The position numbers and the translations under genes are program-made. From Candidatus Woesebacteria bacterium GW2011_GWC1_42_9 (GTDB taxonomy: Bacteria; Patescibacteriota; Microgenomatia; UBA8517), in the NCBI GenBank assembly GCA_000995185.1, contig LCET01000005.1, positions 84,277 through 148,276 of the forward strand: a stretch of DNA of 64,000 nt, read 5' to 3'. Numbering within the stretch: the stretch's first letter is position 1; each line of letters begins with the position of its first letter. This document shows positions 47,492-58,462 of the stretch, piece by piece. The notes below the pieces were generated by a model. That model was not told the origin of the DNA, made no database searches, and was given only the letters and a program-made list of their open reading frames with translations.

Positions 47492-48152
47492 TTTTTTTAC
47501 TTTCCAATATCATGTTAAGACATCCTTTTACTTCTTTCGCGACACCTTCAATTGGTTGACTGGCATCAACCACATACCATCTCAATCCTCCCCAGTCTTC
47601 CCAGGCCATCTGCCGATATCCTTTAACAATTTTATCCCACTCTTCTTTTTCAGCCTCGTCAAATGGGTCGCCATCATTATTGTTTGTTCGCCGTTCCATG
47701 GCTACTTTTGCATCAAGATCAAATAAAATAATTCCATCTGGCTTATGTTCTCTCAAAATATAATCAGCTAAATTTTTAATTACTCCCATATCTGCACCCC
47801 TACCAAATCCTTGATATGCAGCTGTTGAAGTATAAGTCCTATCGGTAAGCACTAATTTTCCTTCTTTAAGCTCAGGCGCCAACAAATCTTCTACCCAAAA
47901 CATTCGAGCGGCAAAAAACAAGGCGACTTGGTGATCGGGACTGATTTCATCCCCCAAGCTAAAAATCAATTTTCTAATTCTCTCGGCCTCCGGTACTCCT
48001 CCAGGTTCTCTAGTGGCAACAACTTCAAAACCCCTAGATTCCAAGTATTCCTTCGCACCGTCAATTTGAGTGGATTTACCCGATCCCCCGACTCCCTCAA
48101 GAGCAATAAATAATCCTTCTCTCTCCGCCATCAAGAGTATTATAAACACCAC
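47478..48152 (-). CDS. tmk: Thymidylate kinase
   Basis: P-loop LEGVGGSGKST and DR motif. Confidence 0.9.
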   Translation of the reverse strand: MVFIILLMAEREGLFIALEGVGGSGKSTQIDGAKEYLESRGFEVVATREPGGVPEAERIRKLIFSLGDEISPDHQVALFFAARMFWVEDLLAPELKEGKLVLTDRTYTSTAAYQGFGRGADMGVIKNLADYILREHKPDGIILFDLDAKVAMERRTNNNDGDPFDEAEKEEWDKIVKGYRQMAWEDWGGLRWYVVDASQPIEGVAKEVKGCLNMILESKKNENI

Positions 48153-48241
48153 ATCAAATTCTTCACATAGACATTGTGCTTTAGATTCTATATTCTTTCT
48201 CAGAACAAAATCGCTTAGTTAGCACCTTGAAAGGAAAGAAA

Positions 48242-49138
48242 ATGAGACAGTATTTGGATCTATTAAAGGATATTCTCGACAACGGCTCCAAAAAAGGAGA
48301 CCGGACAGGGACTGGCACTTTGTCAGTTTTCGGAAGACTGCTCAGATTCAACCTATCTGATGGTTTTCCCTTAGTGACCACAAAACAAGTTGACATGGAT
48401 CTTGTCATAAAAGAGCTTTTGTGGTTCATTTCTGGAAACACGAATATTCGTCCTTTAGTTCTGGCGGGCGTAAACATCTGGAATCGGGATGCTTTTCGAA
48501 GATATTTAGAACAACTCGCGCTGGATAAAACACTCGAAAAATATTCATACGCTTGGAAGCTTGCGCTAAAGCACTATGCCCAAGAGATCAAGGATAACGA
48601 AAAATTCGCGGAGACGTATGGCAACCTAGGGCCGGTATACGGTGCTGGATGGAGAAATTTCGAGGGTGTTGATCAGCTTGCCTGGGTAATCGATGAAATC
48701 AAATCAAACCCGGATAGCCGCCGCCTACTTGTCTCTGCTTGGCAGCCGCACCGGATAAAAGAAATGGCACTTCCCCCTTGCCATGTGATGTATCAATTCT
48801 ACGTCTTTGACGGCAAGCTTTCATGCCAGGTCTATATCAGATCATGGGACGTCTTTCTTGGCGGGCCATTTAACATCGCCTCATATGCATTGCTTACAAT
48901 GATGGTTGCCCAAGTTACCGGAACAACCGCGCATGAACTAGTGATCTGCGCTGGCGATGCCCACTTGTATCTTGACCATCTTGCGCAGGCAGAGGAGCAA
49001 ATTTTCAGAAAACCATACCCCTTGCCGACGATGCTAATGGAATACACCATTGACGATATCGAAGAGTTCAAAATCACGGATTTTGAATTAAGAAATTATG
49101 TCCACCACCCCCCGATCAAAGGGGAAATGTCGACATGA
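48242..49138 (+). CDS. thyA: Thymidylate synthase ThyA
   Basis: MRQYLDLL..., GDRTGTGT, catalytic LPPCH. The start is taken at the internal Met. Confidence 0.95.
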   Translation: MRQYLDLLKDILDNGSKKGDRTGTGTLSVFGRLLRFNLSDGFPLVTTKQVDMDLVIKELLWFISGNTNIRPLVLAGVNIWNRDAFRRYLEQLALDKTLEKYSYAWKLALKHYAQEIKDNEKFAETYGNLGPVYGAGWRNFEGVDQLAWVIDEIKSNPDSRRLLVSAWQPHRIKEMALPPCHVMYQFYVFDGKLSCQVYIRSWDVFLGGPFNIASYALLTMMVAQVTGTTAHELVICAGDAHLYLDHLAQAEEQIFRKPYPLPTMLMEYTIDDIEEFKITDFELRNYVHHPPIKGEMST

Positions 49139-49190
49139 AAATTGCCATTGTCGTTGTCACGTCAAATAATTGGGTAATAAGCCCGCCTGC

Positions 49191-51185
49191 TTAACCGCTT
49201 GCGGGTTTTTCTTTTTCGCTCTTTTTCCTTGGGTCTTTCCAAGAAGCGTATTCACAATCAGGATATCTAAAACAGCCAAAAAATGGCCGTCCTTTTCTAG
49301 TTTTTTTAATAACTACATCTCCCTTTTTACACTTCGGGCACTTCATCCCAATTTTTTGAACAAATTTTTCTGTATATTTACAATCTGGGAAGCGTTCGCA
49401 AGAAATAAACTTTCCAAACCTCCCTACTCTCACCACAAGCTGGCCTTTCTTACATTCCGGGCATTTTCGATCAAGCTTCTCGGTCCTGATTTTTATCCGT
49501 TTAGCCTTTTTTTCTACCGACAAAATCTTTTTGTTAAATGGTCCCCAAAACTTCTTAATTTCACTCGTCCACGCTAGCTTTCCTTCAGCAACACGATCTA
49601 AGTTATCCTCCATTTGCGCGGTAAAGCCATACTCAAAAACAGTCGGAAAATTACCGACTAAAAAGCTATTAACTGCTTCTCCGACAGGTGTGGGTAAAAA
49701 CTTCCTATCCTCTTTTTCAACATAATTCCTTGCCATTATCGTCGATATCGTCGGAGCATATGTCGAAGGCCTACCTATCCCAAGCTCCTCAAGTTTTTTT
49801 ATTAAAGAGGCTTCGTTATACCTTGCGGGAGGCTGTGTAAACTTTTGTTCTCCATCGGCTTTTATAAGAGATAAATCCTCTCCTTTCAAAACATCCGGCA
49901 GTACCACATCGTGAGCACCACTAACTAAGACTTTCCGCCATCCGTCAAACTTCACAATTTCTCCGCTTGTTTTTAAAAGATATTTTTTCTTTCCGTTTGC
50001 GAGGACGTCAATCCTTGTCCGGTCAGAAATCGAAAACGCCATCTGGCAAGCAACAAAGCGCGTCCAAATAAGTTCATATAGTTTCTTTTGATCACCAACT
50101 AATTTGCTTTTATTGTTAGTCACTTCGGTTGGCCGAATTGCCTCATGCGCCTCTTGCGCGCTTTTTGATTTCGTCTTATAAACTCTCACCCTTTCTGATA
50201 AATATTTTTCCCCATAATTCTCCACGATATACGCTCTGAGCTTGGCAATGGCGCTAACGGCAATATTCAAAGAATCGGTCCTGTGGTATGTAATCATCCC
50301 CTGTTCGTACAATTTTTGGGCCACACTCATCGTTTTTTTTGCCGGCCAGCCAAATTTCACTGCCGCAGACTGTGTCATTGTCGAAGTGGTATATGGCGGG
50401 TATGGGTTCCTTTTGATTTCCTTTTTGATAATATCGCTAACTATATATTTAGCGCTTCGCAGGTGAGTAAGTACCTCATCTGCTATTTTTTTATTGTTTA
50501 CAAGCGCTTTTTTACCATCAACTTTATCAAGCATCACATTAAAACTATTTCCTTGTTTGCTATTTGTTACCTTACAAGTAATTTCCCAATACTCTTTTTT
50601 GTCGAATGCTTTAATTTCCTCCTCGCGCTCGATAATAATCCTTAGTGCAACTGACTGCACTCTCCCAGCAGAAAGTCCCCTCCGCACTTTTTTCCATAAA
50701 AGCGGCGACAATTTATATCCCACGAGCCTATCAAGCACACGCCGCGCAATCTGAGCATTAACCAAATTTTTATCGATTTCTCTCGGGTGTTTAATAGCTT
50801 CCTCAACCGCCTCTTTAGTAATCTCATGAAAAGCAATTCTTTTTACGACTGCTCCTTTTGGAAGAATCTCATTTACATGGGCCGCGATCGCTTCTCCTTC
50901 CCGGTCCGGGTCAGTTGCGATAAATACATTTTTACTTTTTTTGGCTAATTTCTGAATGGACGCAATAGTATCCTCACGGTCGCTCACAACCTTATAATCA
51001 GGCCTGAAATTATTTTCAATATCGACACTTATCGGAGATTTTGGGAGGTCCATTATATGGCCGTATGTCGCCTCAACGTCGTATTCCTTAGGCAAAAAGT
51101 TGCCCAGTGTCTTTGCTTTTGTCGGACTTTCAACAATTATTAAGGTCATCTTCAAAGAAGAACATAGTCTACACGAACGCGTCAA
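49191..51185 (-). CDS. topA: DNA topoisomerase I
   Basis: Toprim, catalytic Tyr region, C-terminal C4 zinc ribbons. Confidence 0.95.
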   Translation of the reverse strand: MTRSCRLCSSLKMTLIIVESPTKAKTLGNFLPKEYDVEATYGHIMDLPKSPISVDIENNFRPDYKVVSDREDTIASIQKLAKKSKNVFIATDPDREGEAIAAHVNEILPKGAVVKRIAFHEITKEAVEEAIKHPREIDKNLVNAQIARRVLDRLVGYKLSPLLWKKVRRGLSAGRVQSVALRIIIEREEEIKAFDKKEYWEITCKVTNSKQGNSFNVMLDKVDGKKALVNNKKIADEVLTHLRSAKYIVSDIIKKEIKRNPYPPYTTSTMTQSAAVKFGWPAKKTMSVAQKLYEQGMITYHRTDSLNIAVSAIAKLRAYIVENYGEKYLSERVRVYKTKSKSAQEAHEAIRPTEVTNNKSKLVGDQKKLYELIWTRFVACQMAFSISDRTRIDVLANGKKKYLLKTSGEIVKFDGWRKVLVSGAHDVVLPDVLKGEDLSLIKADGEQKFTQPPARYNEASLIKKLEELGIGRPSTYAPTISTIMARNYVEKEDRKFLPTPVGEAVNSFLVGNFPTVFEYGFTAQMEDNLDRVAEGKLAWTSEIKKFWGPFNKKILSVEKKAKRIKIRTEKLDRKCPECKKGQLVVRVGRFGKFISCERFPDCKYTEKFVQKIGMKCPKCKKGDVVIKKTRKGRPFFGCFRYPDCEYASWKDPRKKSEKEKPASG

Positions 51186-51864
51186 GTATGTCCTTTGGAG
51201 TTCTCACCATTTTAGCTCCATTTTCTATTAAAAAATTTGGAGCAAACGAAGCCGGATTATCCACTCTTCCGGGGATTGCAAACACTTCTCTACCTTGGTT
51301 TGCCGCATGAGCGGCGGTCGAGAGCGTTCCGCTTCGATTTCCTCCCTCAATCACCAATACCCCCAAAGATAAGCCCGAAATAATCCTATTCCTTGCTAAA
51401 AAATTTTTGGGCAACGGTTTTGTATCTTCTGGAAATTCGCTTATTAAAGCCCCATTTTCTAAAATTCTGTCAGCAAGTTTTCTATTTTCCGGAGGATAAA
51501 TAATATTAAGTCCTGACCCAAACACCGCAATTGTCCGGCCGCTTACATCCAAAGCAGTTTTATGAGCGATCGTATCAACCCCGCGAGCCAGCCCAGAAAC
51601 GATGGTCACCCCATTACTTGCCAAGGCTCTCGTAAAAATTTTGGCCATCTCCATCCCATATTTACTGGGATTTCTCGTCCCGACGACAGCAATTGCCATC
51701 TGATCCTCTGCTCTTATCTCACCCTTCACATAAATCTCCGGCGGATCAATCAAGCCGCTCAAGTTTTTTGGATAGCCACTCGCTTTTTTATCTAGTAAAC
51801 CAGTAATCAAATATTTCATAGGCAATTGGTGCGGCGACTTTTGAACCTTCTCCCCCTTCCTCAA
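51169..51864 (-). CDS. dprA: DNA-processing protein DprA/Smf
   Basis: GLARGVDTIAHKTALD Rossmann-like DprA core. Conserved dprA-topA neighbourhood. Confidence 0.85.
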   Translation of the reverse strand: MRKGEKVQKSPHQLPMKYLITGLLDKKASGYPKNLSGLIDPPEIYVKGEIRAEDQMAIAVVGTRNPSKYGMEMAKIFTRALASNGVTIVSGLARGVDTIAHKTALDVSGRTIAVFGSGLNIIYPPENRKLADRILENGALISEFPEDTKPLPKNFLARNRIISGLSLGVLVIEGGNRSGTLSTAAHAANQGREVFAIPGRVDNPASFAPNFLIENGAKMVRTPKDILDAFV

Positions 51865-53368
51865 CCAGGACTGTCACCACAATTTCTGGAAAATCCTCTG
51901 GCGCGAAAGCAATAAACCAAGCATGGGTCTTTTCCTCATTGAAGGTCTCTGCTGTACCTGTTTTACAGGCTACCTGCGGATAAAAACCAAAGAATGGATA
52001 GGCTGTCCCCCCAATGGAGCAAGCGGCTATCATCCCCTCTTTAACCATCTGGATTGAATCCTCCGAGATATCCAGATTTCTACACTCACTATGGTCACCC
52101 ACAAAAAATGGCTGGCACAAGGCTCCTCCGTTTGCGATAACCATAGTCATAACATTCGCCTCGATCGGGGTTATTGCTAGATCTCCCTGCCCTATGGACA
52201 TATGGTAAGTATTACCTAAAAACCAATTCTCACCTTTCACCCGCTTTTTCCATTCCGGGGTAGGGACAAGTCCTGAAACTTCTCCAGGAAGATCTACCCC
52301 GGTAGTTTGCGACAGACCAAATTTATCTGCCCAAAAAGCTAATCTTTCAGCCCCGATAAACTCACCAACTTTATAAAAAAAAGTGTCTGTGGACCGCGCA
52401 ATTGCCTTTACTAAACCAATTACTCCCTCAACCGCACCATACTGGGTGAAATACCAGTTTGTGTACTCAAACTCTTTTACATTAATTGCCCCCGTATCTT
52501 CATAAGTAAATTCACGGTTAATTTTCCCATCTTCAAGAGCAGCGATCGCTGTCACAATCTTAAAAATCGACCCTGGATGAAAAGTCCCTCCTATTGCCCG
52601 ATTAAATATCGGTAAATTCGGATCATCCAAAGAGTCCACCACAATTTCTGGATCAAACGAAGGTGAAGAATAAAACGCCAGAATCTCTCCTTCTGGGCCT
52701 GAAACGATAATTACCCCTTTTTCGCCGTGAAGAAGGCCCGATACCTTTTTTTGAAGCTCGCTATCAATTGTCGTTTTTATGTCTTCCCCGGGGATTACAG
52801 GCTTCCTTCCCAAGGTTCTTATTTTCTCCCCACGGGTGTTTACCTCCACAAGTTCTTCACCATCAATCCCTCTCAAAAGACACTCATAATAACCCTCCAA
52901 TCCACTCCTTCCAATTAAATCGCTAAGTTTATACTCCCCCTTTTCTACACAATCGGGATTCACTTTGCCCACTTCAGTCTCATTAATTTCTCCCACATAC
53001 CCCGTAATATGGGCAAAAGATGAACCATTATAATATTTTCTCTTATGCTCTACTATTGCTTCATCACCTTGATAATCCCCGCCGACTTCTTTTTTGACAA
53101 GCCCAGCTTCAGGCAAAAATTCAACTATTTTTTTTATCTCCTGATTTCCCACTATTGCTTCTCCGCTTCTTCCTAATATTTCTCCGCGAGGAGCTCTGAT
53201 GGGTACTTTCCTAATTCGATTTTCCTGAGCAAGAGTTGCATAATACTCGCCTTTAACAATCTGAAGCTCAATGAGGCGGGCGGTTAACGCTATGCTTGCT
53301 AAAACCAATATCCCCCTAAAAAACCAAGACAACCAGCTTTGCTTTTGAGACGCTGTAAGCGATTCCAT
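51788..53368 (-). CDS. Penicillin-binding protein 2-type peptidoglycan D,D-transpeptidase
   Basis: SIFK (SxxK), SxN and KTGTA motifs. N-terminal TM. Confidence 0.9.
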   Translation of the reverse strand: MESLTASQKQSWLSWFFRGILVLASIALTARLIELQIVKGEYYATLAQENRIRKVPIRAPRGEILGRSGEAIVGNQEIKKIVEFLPEAGLVKKEVGGDYQGDEAIVEHKRKYYNGSSFAHITGYVGEINETEVGKVNPDCVEKGEYKLSDLIGRSGLEGYYECLLRGIDGEELVEVNTRGEKIRTLGRKPVIPGEDIKTTIDSELQKKVSGLLHGEKGVIIVSGPEGEILAFYSSPSFDPEIVVDSLDDPNLPIFNRAIGGTFHPGSIFKIVTAIAALEDGKINREFTYEDTGAINVKEFEYTNWYFTQYGAVEGVIGLVKAIARSTDTFFYKVGEFIGAERLAFWADKFGLSQTTGVDLPGEVSGLVPTPEWKKRVKGENWFLGNTYHMSIGQGDLAITPIEANVMTMVIANGGALCQPFFVGDHSECRNLDISEDSIQMVKEGMIAACSIGGTAYPFFGFYPQVACKTGTAETFNEEKTHAWFIAFAPEDFPEIVVTVLVEEGGEGSKVAAPIAYEIFDYWFTR

Positions 53369-53393
53369 CTATGATGGATATTATATGAAGAAA

Positions 53394-54335
53394 TTATTTG
53401 ATGCCACCTGAAACATGAATCTTTTCCAATAGCGCCCTATCTGTCAAAAGCTTCCCGCAACCTCTCACTACACATGTGATCGGATCTTCGACTAACTCGG
53501 GAGGGGCTTCTTCCAAAGCATCCTTTATATGCCCTACTATTTCCTGAACAATCGGAGAAAGCGCTTCCCGCACTTCACCTTCCGAAAGCCTAACTGATCT
53601 TGGAAGCCCAGACTCTAGGTCTCTTCCCCGCACGACAGCATATCTTTCTTTCCCTGTGGCTACCGCAGAGCCGATACTATGTTTAAGGGACTCAGCAGTT
53701 GGCTGTCCCAATAAAAGAGAATATTTTAACCGAAAAAAATTAATTAACGCCTCATCCATCTCGTCCCCGGCAATTCTGACTGATCTCCCAAGGACAATGC
53801 CTCCATAGCTAATTATCGCAATCTCCGTGGTCCCGCCGCCAATATCAACTACAAATAATCCTCTTGGTTTTTCTACGGCAAGCTCTGCTCCGATAGCTGC
53901 CGCCATCGGCTCTTCGACTAAATATGCTTTTCTGGCACCGGCTGAGATTGCGGCATCAGCGACAGCCCTTCGTTCTACCTCTGTCACACCAGATGGGATA
54001 CCGATAATTATTAAGGGCCTCGGGATCTTTGGGATCACCGTACCGCTTTCGTGTACTTTTTTGATATAATGATCTAGCATCGCGGAGGTGGCATCAAAAT
54101 CCGCAATCACGCCATCTTTCAAGGGCCTCACTGACTCAATCATTGCCGGCGTCCTCCCTACCATTCTTTTAGCAGAAGTACCGATTGCCAATATTTCCTT
54201 AGTCTTTTTATTACGGGCCACCACAGAAGGCTCTCGGATGACAATCCCTTTTCCAGCTACATAAACCAGGGTGTTCGCTGTCCCTAAATCAATCCCGACA
54301 TCATGGCTAAAAAGCCCTAAAAATCTATTAATCAT
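53394..54335 (-). CDS. mreB: Rod-shape-determining actin homologue MreB
   Basis: DLGTANTLVYV phosphate-1 and ...VDIGGGTTEIA phosphate-2 motifs. Confidence 0.9.
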   Translation of the reverse strand: MINRFLGLFSHDVGIDLGTANTLVYVAGKGIVIREPSVVARNKKTKEILAIGTSAKRMVGRTPAMIESVRPLKDGVIADFDATSAMLDHYIKKVHESGTVIPKIPRPLIIIGIPSGVTEVERRAVADAAISAGARKAYLVEEPMAAAIGAELAVEKPRGLFVVDIGGGTTEIAIISYGGIVLGRSVRIAGDEMDEALINFFRLKYSLLLGQPTAESLKHSIGSAVATGKERYAVVRGRDLESGLPRSVRLSEGEVREALSPIVQEIVGHIKDALEEAPPELVEDPITCVVRGCGKLLTDRALLEKIHVSGGIK

Positions 54336-54337
54336 AA

Positions 54338-56221
54338 ATGCCTTTCCTCTCTACGACGCAAAGTATATCATTGGCTATGATTCCCTTTTTATTTAATTTT
54401 TTGGTCTTCATTACTCCATTAATTTTTTTTCCAAAGACGTCTGAATTATTCGAATTTAACAAAATTATCGCGGTTTATTTTATCACCATTCTTATAATCT
54501 CCTCTTGGATAACCAAAGTAGCTCTCCAAAGAAAAATTAGGTTACGCCGCACAATCCTGGACGTACCCATCCTAACATTTTTAATTGCCCTGACAATATC
54601 CACATTTTTTTCCATTGACACAAGGACTTCGCTATTTGGATATTATTCCCGTTTTGCTGGGGGTCTCGTCCCGACCTTCACATTTGCAATGCTCTATTTT
54701 GCTTATGTCTCAAATATGGGAGCCAAAGAGACCAAAAAAGTTATCACGACAATCATAATCGCTTCAATTATAGCAGGAGTTTATGCCTTCCTTGAGCATT
54801 TCGGGATCGGGATCAGCTGCTTAATAATTAACGGAAAAATGGACACTAGTTGCTGGATACAAGACGTACAAGCGCGGGTATTTGGCACATTTGGTCAGCC
54901 CAACTGGCTTGCCGCTTGGATAGTGGGGGTGCTCCCGCTCATTTGGAACTCAAAGCTGAATTTCAAATTAATAATTTCAAGCATAATGTTTGCCGCTTTG
55001 TTATTCACCGGCTCAAAATCCGGCCTCTTGGCCTTCTCGGTAATTTTCATAATCTACTGGGGGATAAACCGCAGGCAAGTGAAATTAATCTCCAAATTAT
55101 TACTTACTATTTTTTTTATAATAGTCTTATCCAGAATATCAACACCAAAAAATAATCTCCCCCCTGGTAATAACGACCTAATCACCCCATCATCTGAAAT
55201 AAGGCAGATTGTCTGGCAAGGCGCCTTGGATGTCTGGAAAAATAATTTTCTAGTCGGGACAGGGCCTGAAACATTTGCCATGAGCTACTATCAGTACCGG
55301 CCAACGAAGCATAATCTTACTTCCGAGTGGAACTTTACTTACAACAAAGCACACAACGAATATCTAAATTACGCGGCAAATACTGGATTAATCGGTTTAG
55401 CGGCATACTTAGCTCTTTTACTAACATGCCTTTTCATTTTTATTAAAAACAAAAACTATGACCTTTTTGCTGGCTTCACTGGGATACTTATAACAAACTT
55501 TTTCGGCTTTTCCACTGTTCCCATTTTTCTCCTCTTGTTTATGCTCCCAGCATTCTCAATAACGCTTAAGAGCAAGGAGCAAAGCACAAAACACATAAAA
55601 TTAGATCGGCTTCCCGTCAAGCAATGGTCATTAATCATCACAATTTTGTGCACTATGTCCTATGCACTTTTCACTGTCGCTAAATACTGGTATGCCGATT
55701 ATTTATACGCAAAAAATACCACTGAAAGTCTCAAGCAGGCGGTCCGATACTTCCCAAATGAAAGTGTATTTAGAGTATCTTTGGCCGAGCACTACGACGG
55801 AGAAGAAAAAACCGTGGAGGCTTTTGAGGAGGCCCAAAAAACAGTTCACCTCTCTCCAAGAAATGTTAAGTTAATTAAGCAAGTTGGAATAGTTTATTTA
55901 AGCCTCGCCGAGAAAGATCCTAAATATTATGATTACGCTTATAAAACATTTAATTATCTTGCCTCCCTGGCACCAACTGACGCCTGGGTCTTCTACTACC
56001 TTGGGAGAACGAGCTTACTTATGGGGAATACTGAGGACTCTCTAAAATATCTAAATTTCACCCTTGAAATCATGCCCAGGAATAAAAATGCCAGAAAATT
56101 AAGGGCGTATATTTATTTAGAGCTCAACTCCAAAAAAGAAGCCAAAGACGACCTTCTGTATATTCTAGAAAATATTTCGCCGGATGATCCGGAAATTAAG
56201 AAATTGATGAGCGATCTTTGA
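54338..56221 (+). CDS. O-antigen ligase (Wzy_C)-like polytopic membrane protein fused to C-terminal TPR repeats
   Basis: About 12 TMs with a large periplasmic loop, plus a C-terminal TPR-like region. Divergent from mreB. Confidence 0.65.
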   Translation: MPFLSTTQSISLAMIPFLFNFLVFITPLIFFPKTSELFEFNKIIAVYFITILIISSWITKVALQRKIRLRRTILDVPILTFLIALTISTFFSIDTRTSLFGYYSRFAGGLVPTFTFAMLYFAYVSNMGAKETKKVITTIIIASIIAGVYAFLEHFGIGISCLIINGKMDTSCWIQDVQARVFGTFGQPNWLAAWIVGVLPLIWNSKLNFKLIISSIMFAALLFTGSKSGLLAFSVIFIIYWGINRRQVKLISKLLLTIFFIIVLSRISTPKNNLPPGNNDLITPSSEIRQIVWQGALDVWKNNFLVGTGPETFAMSYYQYRPTKHNLTSEWNFTYNKAHNEYLNYAANTGLIGLAAYLALLLTCLFIFIKNKNYDLFAGFTGILITNFFGFSTVPIFLLLFMLPAFSITLKSKEQSTKHIKLDRLPVKQWSLIITILCTMSYALFTVAKYWYADYLYAKNTTESLKQAVRYFPNESVFRVSLAEHYDGEEKTVEAFEEAQKTVHLSPRNVKLIKQVGIVYLSLAEKDPKYYDYAYKTFNYLASLAPTDAWVFYYLGRTSLLMGNTEDSLKYLNFTLEIMPRNKNARKLRAYIYLELNSKKEAKDDLLYILENISPDDPEIKKLMSDL

Positions 56222-56234
56222 TATAATTCAATAT

Positions 56235-56753
56235 ATGATCAAAAAAATAGTCGATGTAAAAGACCCAATCTTGAGGGCTAAAGCGAAACCCGTCGCAAAA
56301 ATCGATGCAAAAATAAAAAAATTAATCCAGGATATGAAGGATACGCTATATTCACAAGATGATCCAGAAGGTGTTGGTCTCGCCGCCCCACAGGTCGGAA
56401 AAAGCCTCCAAATATTCATCACAAATTACGAAGGCAAAAAGATCACAGTCATAAACCCAAAAGTATTGAATACAGGAAAAAGCGAAAAGATTAAATTATC
56501 TGAAAAAGTATTAGAGGGATGCCTTTCACTTCCCCATTATTACGGCCCGCTATCACGAGCAAGAACAATCAAGATAAAATATCTTGACGAAAACAGAAAC
56601 ACACAAGTGAAAGAATTCCGCGACTTTATGGCTCAAATTATCCAGCATGAAATTGATCACCTCAAAGGGGTCCTCTTCATCGACAAACTAATCGCCGAAA
56701 AAGAACCTCTTTATAAATTTGACGGAGAGGACTGGGAAGAAGTAGAGCTATGA
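56235..56753 (+). CDS. def: Peptide deformylase
   Basis: GVGLAAPQ, EGCLS, HEIDHL. Confidence 0.95.
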   Translation: MIKKIVDVKDPILRAKAKPVAKIDAKIKKLIQDMKDTLYSQDDPEGVGLAAPQVGKSLQIFITNYEGKKITVINPKVLNTGKSEKIKLSEKVLEGCLSLPHYYGPLSRARTIKIKYLDENRNTQVKEFRDFMAQIIQHEIDHLKGVLFIDKLIAEKEPLYKFDGEDWEEVEL

Positions 56754-57559
56754 AAATCATCTTTTTTGGAACTCCAGATTATGTTTTGCCAATAGTTAAG
56801 AATATTCCTGACTTAACGGCTCTTGTCACAAAGAAGTTAACCGAATCATCTCTCGAGAGGTGGGCCAAAAAAAACAAAATAAAAATAATTTATGACCTTG
56901 AAAATATTCCTAAAGCTGATCTTGGGATAGTTGCCGCCTATGGCAAAATTATCCCCGACAAAGTAATAAATAACTGCAAATTTGGAATTATCAATATTCA
57001 CCCCTCGCTACTTCCTAAATACCGAGGCGCCTCTCCTGTGCAGGAAGCAATTAAAAATGGCGATGAAGCTACCGGCGTGACATTTATCAAAATGGACAAG
57101 GAAATCGATCATGGACCAATTATCGCTTCATTCAAAGAGAAAATATTAAACACAGACACCACCGATAGCCTAAGAAAAAGATTATTTAAAAAAGCTTCAA
57201 AATTTATAATTGATCTAATTCCTAATTATGTAAACAAAAAAATAAAACTAACGCCTCAAAATCATAAATTGGGAAACTACACCCCGCCACTTACAAAAAA
57301 AGACGGCTTTATTGATTTAAATAAAACCACACCAGTTGAAGCTGGTAGATTCATAAGGGCTATGAATCCCTGGCCGATTAGTTGGACCCTCCTTCGCCTA
57401 AAGGCTACGGAAGGGCAAACTTACAGGCTAAAAATCTTAAGTGCACATATTAGTGAGAACAAAAAGCTGATTTTGGACGAAGTCCAGCTGGAAGGGAAAA
57501 AACCTGTTACTTGGAAGCAATTTAAAGAAGGCTATCCTGATTTTTCTTTCTCCTCTTAA
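56750..57559 (+). CDS. fmt: Methionyl-tRNA formyltransferase (short form)
   Basis: IINIHPSLLPKYRGASP formyltransferase motif. Confidence 0.85.
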   Translation: MKIIFFGTPDYVLPIVKNIPDLTALVTKKLTESSLERWAKKNKIKIIYDLENIPKADLGIVAAYGKIIPDKVINNCKFGIINIHPSLLPKYRGASPVQEAIKNGDEATGVTFIKMDKEIDHGPIIASFKEKILNTDTTDSLRKRLFKKASKFIIDLIPNYVNKKIKLTPQNHKLGNYTPPLTKKDGFIDLNKTTPVEAGRFIRAMNPWPISWTLLRLKATEGQTYRLKILSAHISENKKLILDEVQLEGKKPVTWKQFKEGYPDFSFSS

Positions 57560-57752
57560 GGCACTTGGCACAAATGCGCACACGCTTTTTGCGGCCATCT
57601 ACGACTATTGTTGCCATCTGTAAATTTGGAATAAAAACACGCGGAGTTTTTGCCACACGATTTTTCCAGCGCTTTCCCGCCACACCCCTACGGTGCTTCT
57701 GGCTTGCGCCTATCCCTGTACTTTTACCGCATATTTCACAAACTCTTGCCAT
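57522..57752 (-). CDS. rpmB: 50S ribosomal protein L28
   Basis: MARVCEICGK...PNLQ... Its 3-prime end overlaps the fmt 3-prime end convergently by 38 nt. Confidence 0.75.
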   Translation of the reverse strand: MARVCEICGKSTGIGASQKHRRGVAGKRWKNRVAKTPRVFIPNLQMATIVVDGRKKRVRICAKCLKRRKKNQDSLL

Positions 57753-57815
57753 AATTTTAAAATTGTAATTACCTGCGGGCTTGATTATACTATTTCTAGT
57801 TCAACCACTGCAAAC

Positions 57816-58451
57816 ATGCTAATATTTTTTGCGGCTTTACTCGCCGCTATCACAGTTCACGAGTTTGCCCACGCCTTTATGGCGGTGCGCCTCGGTGATC
57901 CAACTCCAAAATTACTTGGCAGACTTACCTTTAACCCAATCGCCCATCTTGATCCTTTCGGGACACTTCTTCCTATCCTCCTGATCCTAACCGGATCACC
58001 AATTGTTTTTGGCTGGGGAAAGCCGGTCCAGTTTGACCCATATAATTTAGAAAGCCCCAGGCGTGATTCTGCCTTGATCTCATTTGCCGGCCCTGCCGCT
58101 AATTTATTACTCGCAAGTTTGCTATCGCTAATTTTAAGGCTCTCATCAGGTCCGTTCTCACCTTTCTACTTCCTCTCAAGCGTTCTTCCGTCATTTATCG
58201 TTATCAATGTAGTTTTGGCAACATTTAATCTGATCCCGGTACACCCCTTGGATGGAGGGAAAATATTAATTGGCCTGCTTCCAAATAAAGAAGCCTACAA
58301 AGCCGAGCGCTTTTTAAGCCAATATGGGATGATTATTTTATTATTCTTAATATTCCCGATCCTAAACGGCAGAAGTCCGGTTTTCATCATTCTTTCTCCT
58401 CTAATTAACCTCCTTTTATCCGTTTATCTTCCAAGCGGTTTTTTGGTCTAG
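57816..58451 (+). CDS. M50-family (site-2 protease-like) membrane metalloprotease
   Basis: HEFAHAFMAVRLGD and a later ...PLDGG motif. Start taken at MLIFF to avoid the rpmB overlap. Confidence 0.75.
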   Translation: MLIFFAALLAAITVHEFAHAFMAVRLGDPTPKLLGRLTFNPIAHLDPFGTLLPILLILTGSPIVFGWGKPVQFDPYNLESPRRDSALISFAGPAANLLLASLLSLILRLSSGPFSPFYFLSSVLPSFIVINVVLATFNLIPVHPLDGGKILIGLLPNKEAYKAERFLSQYGMIILLFLIFPILNGRSPVFIILSPLINLLLSVYLPSGFLV

Positions 58452-58453
58452 CA

Positions 58454-58462
58454 TGGTATAAT
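58454..58462 (+). promoter_or_regulatory. Extended -10 TGGTATAAT
   Basis: This exact 9-mer recurs at 60014 and 60212. The putative transcript has a ~155-nt leader before tRNA-Thr. Confidence 0.45.

Noticed and set aside
57693-57815. N-terminal 41 codons of the M50 protease ORF overlapping rpmB
   Set aside because: The extension is Cys/Thr-rich and non-hydrophobic and overlaps L28 on the opposite strand. The conserved protease begins at MLIFFAALLAAITVHEFAHAF (57816).
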